In this document: positions 60,004 through 64,000 of the stretch, piece after piece
Layout of the letters: each line of letters begins with the position of its first letter
How positions within the stretch are numbered: position 1 is the stretch's first letter
Assembly (NCBI GenBank): GCA_964016885.1
Contig: OZ024745.1
Span: 49,476,001 to 49,540,000 of the forward strand
DNA from: Eledone cirrhosa
Taxonomy: Eukaryota
Length of the DNA stretch: 64,000 nucleotides
Reading direction: 5' to 3'
Made by a program: the position numbers and the translations under genes
The notes under the pieces: generated by a model
Told to the model about the DNA's origin: nothing
The model's input: the letters and a program-made list of their open reading frames with translations, nothing else
Databases searched by the model: none

Positions 60004-60370
60004 ATCATCATCATCATCATCATCAGGTTTAGCGTCCGTGTTCCACGCTTGCATGGGTTTGGACGGGGGTTTTCCCACTTGAGGCAAGAGTGGTTGTCTT
60101 GCTCGCATAGGACTGTCTGGCGGGTTTTCTACAGTTGGATGCCCTTCCTAACACCAACCACATTTACAGTGTGGGGCTGCGAGGTTTTTACCGTGTTGCC
60201 TACACGGCCACATTACAGCGTGGACTGTCTGGCGGGTTTTCTACAGCTGGATGCCCTTCCTAACACCAACCACATTTACAGTGTGGGGCTGGGAGGTTTT
60301 TACCGTGTTGCCTACACGGCCACATTTACAGCGTGGACTGTGTGTTTTTTTATCGTGACACCTACACGAT
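60004..60370 (-). mobile_element. RTE-tailed element with an internal ~112-bp tandem duplication
   Basis: Tail CGTCCAAACCCATGCAAGCGTGGAACACGGACGCTAAACC(TGA)n; 60110-60221 repeated at 60222-60340. Confidence 0.8.
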
Positions 60371-60513
60371 CTCATTTGTTTCGGCCTGGATGTTGTGGGA
60401 CCAACATAACTTTACATTGAAAGGGGCGGTGTGGATGGGGTGGAGGTGGTGGGACGGGGGGGGGGGGGTTTGATAGAGATGCCTACTGACTGTAGTAGGT
60501 TTTTACTTTGTAT

Positions 60514-61508
60514 TTAGGTAAGGCGGGTCTTCTCTATTACTGAGTACCGCGAAAAGTCTCGGTCCAGTGACATTGTCTTGGAGAGGTGTAAGCGTGTGAG
60601 GTCGGAATTTATCAGCTCGTCCCATGTTTTTCTGGGTCGGCCTACTCCGTGGCTACCGTCTATCTTTATTGCCCTGCACTTTGTTATACAGCTGTCGTCT
60701 TTCATGCGCATCACGTGACCGTACCAACGTAGCCTTCTCTCGAGTAAACAACATCTGATCCCTCTTATTTCTAATTTTTTCCTTAGTTCGTTTATGCTTT
60801 GCCGTTCACGTATATTACTATTGCACATCCAGCGGAGCATGCAAGCTTCGTTCCTCTCTAGTCTGCGTATATCCTCTGCACACAATGCTCAGGTCTCACT
60901 GCCATGCAGCATTGCTGTTCGTATGCAGGCATCGTATAACCTGCCTTTCATTTTTAGGGAGAACCCTCTAGCGGCTAATAGTGGTATAAGCTCTCTGAAC
61001 TTTTTCCATCCAGTTCTGACTCTAGCTACTGTACTTTCAGAGCACCCTCCCCCACTGCTGATTTTGTCACCCAGGTAACGGAAGCTGTCCACTATTTCTA
61101 TAGAACCCTCTGCGCAGTTGAAGGAGCTAGTATTTTGTGGGCACTTGCTGCTACTTATTGCACCAGAGCACCGGCCACATGTAAAATCTATGTTCTTAGT
61201 TAGCTTACCTGTGATCCCACTACATCTCTTTTATGCACCCATACTTTGCATTTGGGACATAAAATGGAGTTTCTACCTACGCCTTTCCTACACACTGAGC
61301 ATGGCCATTTCCCAGATGGGACTGCCGCCTTATTTTCTTTCCTACAAACTAGAACTTTAGTCTTAGACAAGTTAATTTTAAGGCCTTTTGATTCTAGGCC
61401 GTGCTTCCATGTTTGGAATTTCTTCTCTAGTTCGGTCATTGATTCAGCTATGAGCGTTAGATCATCTGCGTATAGGAGTTCGCATGGGCAGCTGGTCTTG
61501 AACTCCTC
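60514..61508 (-). pseudogene. 5'-truncated RTE LINE ORF2 (RT C-half, PHD-like finger, C-terminus)
   Basis: [28 protein letters not shown]...C..C..WVH..C...C..C, FRYLGD, AMLHGSET*, RRLRWYGHVMRM, GRPRKTW; one frameshift and one TGG>TGA. Confidence 0.95.
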
Positions 61509-61648
61509 TCTCTCTCTATATATATATATATGTATATATATATAATGTATATAATGTATATATATATATATATGTATATATATGTATATATATATATACA
61601 TATATATATATGTATGTGTGTGTGTGTGTGTGTGTGTGTAATTTAGTT

Positions 61649-61828
<180 letters not shown>

Positions 61829-61832
61829 ATAC

Positions 61833-61885
<53 letters not shown>

Positions 61886-61949
61886 TATATATATATATAT
61901 ATATATACAAGTGTGTGTGTGTGTTGTTGTTATTGTATATATATATTTA

Positions 61950-62420
61950 AAATCGCAGTTGCTACCAACTTTAGAACAATTAATCTTCTAGATATAACAT
62001 TAGACGTAGAAATCGTTCAACCAATATTATTAAATATTTAGTTAGTAATCCAAGTAAAAGAATATCTTATACGTCCTCAGATAGGGCCTTAAATTGAAGC
62101 ATGTTTAAAAAAAAGTTTATATCCTTAACCAAAGGCAAAGAGCAGTACAGTCCCCACCCCCACAAAATTGAACATTATCTGATTCAGTCTCGTGCCCTAT
62201 AAATACTTAATGTCAAATGCAGCAAGGAAATTTCATCACCCTAACTACGGGAAGCATTTTCCGCTCAGTTACAAATACTTTAAACTATTCGATAAAGAAA
62301 CTATCAAAGTCATCCACAGTTGCACAAGAAACATTATATGTAACAAATTTCAAAGATCTAAGAAGAACCCCAATGTGATTGTAATGGTACACTGTCTGCT
62401 CAGTGATAAATACCTAAGTA
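61950..62420 (+). mobile_element. Degenerate Penelope-like RT/linker fragment
   Basis: [15 protein letters not shown] (cf. NxKxVNFLDVTxDL) and KHFP..YK..KLF...TIKV.HSCT.NI. Confidence 0.65.
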
Positions 62421-63560
62421 TAGCTAAGCGTCAACAGCAGTGTTGTCAATGAGATAAAATATTTTAATAAAATTTGATAGGCAGCTATTATATATATATA
62501 TTTTGTTGACGTTGTTTTTTAATATAAATAAAATCTATTCAAATCAGTTTTTGTTTCATTTCATATCTTATAAATAAAGAAAACATTATAAATGTAAAGT
62601 GATAAAACTTGTTCGTAAAACAAAAAAAGATATGGGTTCTGCGATTTTTGGAAAATCGTACAAGTGTTTCGCAGCAACATAAGTTCTGGATTACTGATCA
62701 ACAACTGAAACTAAATCAACTAAAGTTGAAAGAAATTACATTGGAATGAATGAGAGTATTGGTTCGGCTCTAGGCCATCATTGATTAAACGAGAGAAGTT
62801 TAAAAACACATGTCCATAAGACTATCCTCGGGCATGAAAAATAGAGAAACTTTAGCGGTTTATTAAGCTATGCATAGGGCTAAAAATCAAAGTATGAAAG
62901 GCATATGTATTGAATGGGTCAATAGTTCTATATAAATTAATAAAACCAATGTTAGCAGCTCTGTGAATCATACGAAAATAGAGCCCTGAGAAATTACAGC
63001 AGTGAGATAATAAAAGTCCAATTGCACTGATTAGAAGTATGCAGTCTGATACTGTTTAAAAAACAACAAAAACACTTTTTCGTTAAACTATCAGATATTT
63101 AGTACTATAGACTAAAGAGCTTATATCTGCTTGTTAGTTCTATAGGTATTTATTCATAATTTTGTTGCTATATAATTTCTCTATTTTTAAATGTCCCGTA
63201 CCACACGAACCCACGTTAGGTTCTACATCACATTGATAATTAAAGTTTTTACTTTAGTATCCTGCAGATTTTTATAACGATCTGTCCACAGGTAAATATA
63301 TTAGATAAACATTTGAATAAACAGGCCAATATTCAAATATTACATCATTGTCAAGAGTTAAACCTGGCTGCTATATGTAACAGATCAAGCAACTAAGTTT
63401 GATTGCATGCTGAGGCAGAGTTTGAGCATGTTTCATTTATCTAGTACGCTGTCCCAACGTGTTTCGATGTGTATGAAGGTTTGTAACAATTCCTAGTGTT
63501 GTTATTGTTGTTGTGGGAGAAGTTAGTGATGAAATACTTGTAATCTTGTCGATATTATTA

Positions 63561-63954
63561 TTAGTATAGCGGTGGATTGGTAGTATCGGTAGAGGGTCGG
63601 ACGCCATGCTTTGCAACAAAGAGTTACGGCCCTTTATGGACTGAGTTCAAATCCCGCCAGGGTTTACTTTGCCTTTCATCCTTACGGGGTCGATAAAATA
63701 AAGTACCAGTAATGTACTGGGTAATTGCTGGCCTTGTGCCTAAAGTAGAAACAATTATTAGTATAGCGGTGGATTGGTAGTATCGGTAGAGGGTCGGACG
63801 CCATGCTTTGCAACAAAGAGTTACGGCCCTTTATGGACTGAGTTCAAATCCCGCCAGGGTTAACTTTGCCTTTCATCCTTACGGGGTCGATAAAATAAAG
63901 TACCAGTAATGTACTGGGTATTTGCTGGCCTTATGCCAAAAGTAGAAACAATTA
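63561..63954 (+). mobile_element. Tandemly duplicated family-A SINE (197-bp period)
   Basis: Two near-identical copies sharing private variants. Confidence 0.93.
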
Positions 63955-64000
63955 GTCAACTCTCCCTGTCCGGCGGGAGAGATCTCCCACTCGCTGTAGG

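Overview
AT-rich, repeat-dense animal genomic DNA. The huge (TA)n/(CA)n arrays, tRNA-SINEs and RTE LINEs suggest an octopod cephalopod (inference). A 200-N assembly gap lies at 10877-11076. I can support only one intact host gene: a minus-strand, single-coding-exon WH1/EVH1 + CRIB-like protein (13360-14385, MESR3-like). The rest is microsatellite and mobile DNA: at least two tRNA-SINE families, RTE-tailed SINEs, RTE/R4/Tx1/Penelope fragments, and hAT, Tc1/mariner and piggyBac-type MITEs, several nested. Highlights: three well-formed and one decayed minimal type-I hammerhead ribozyme motifs, one inside a direct-repeat-bounded ~495-bp retrozyme/Penelope-pLTR-like unit; several long hairpins/foldbacks; a CpG-eroded ~21-kb domain with no recognisable gene; and SINEs inserted into the (ATT)n tails of older SINEs. 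Nearly all long ORFs in the track are microsatellite artefacts. All analysis was done by eye.
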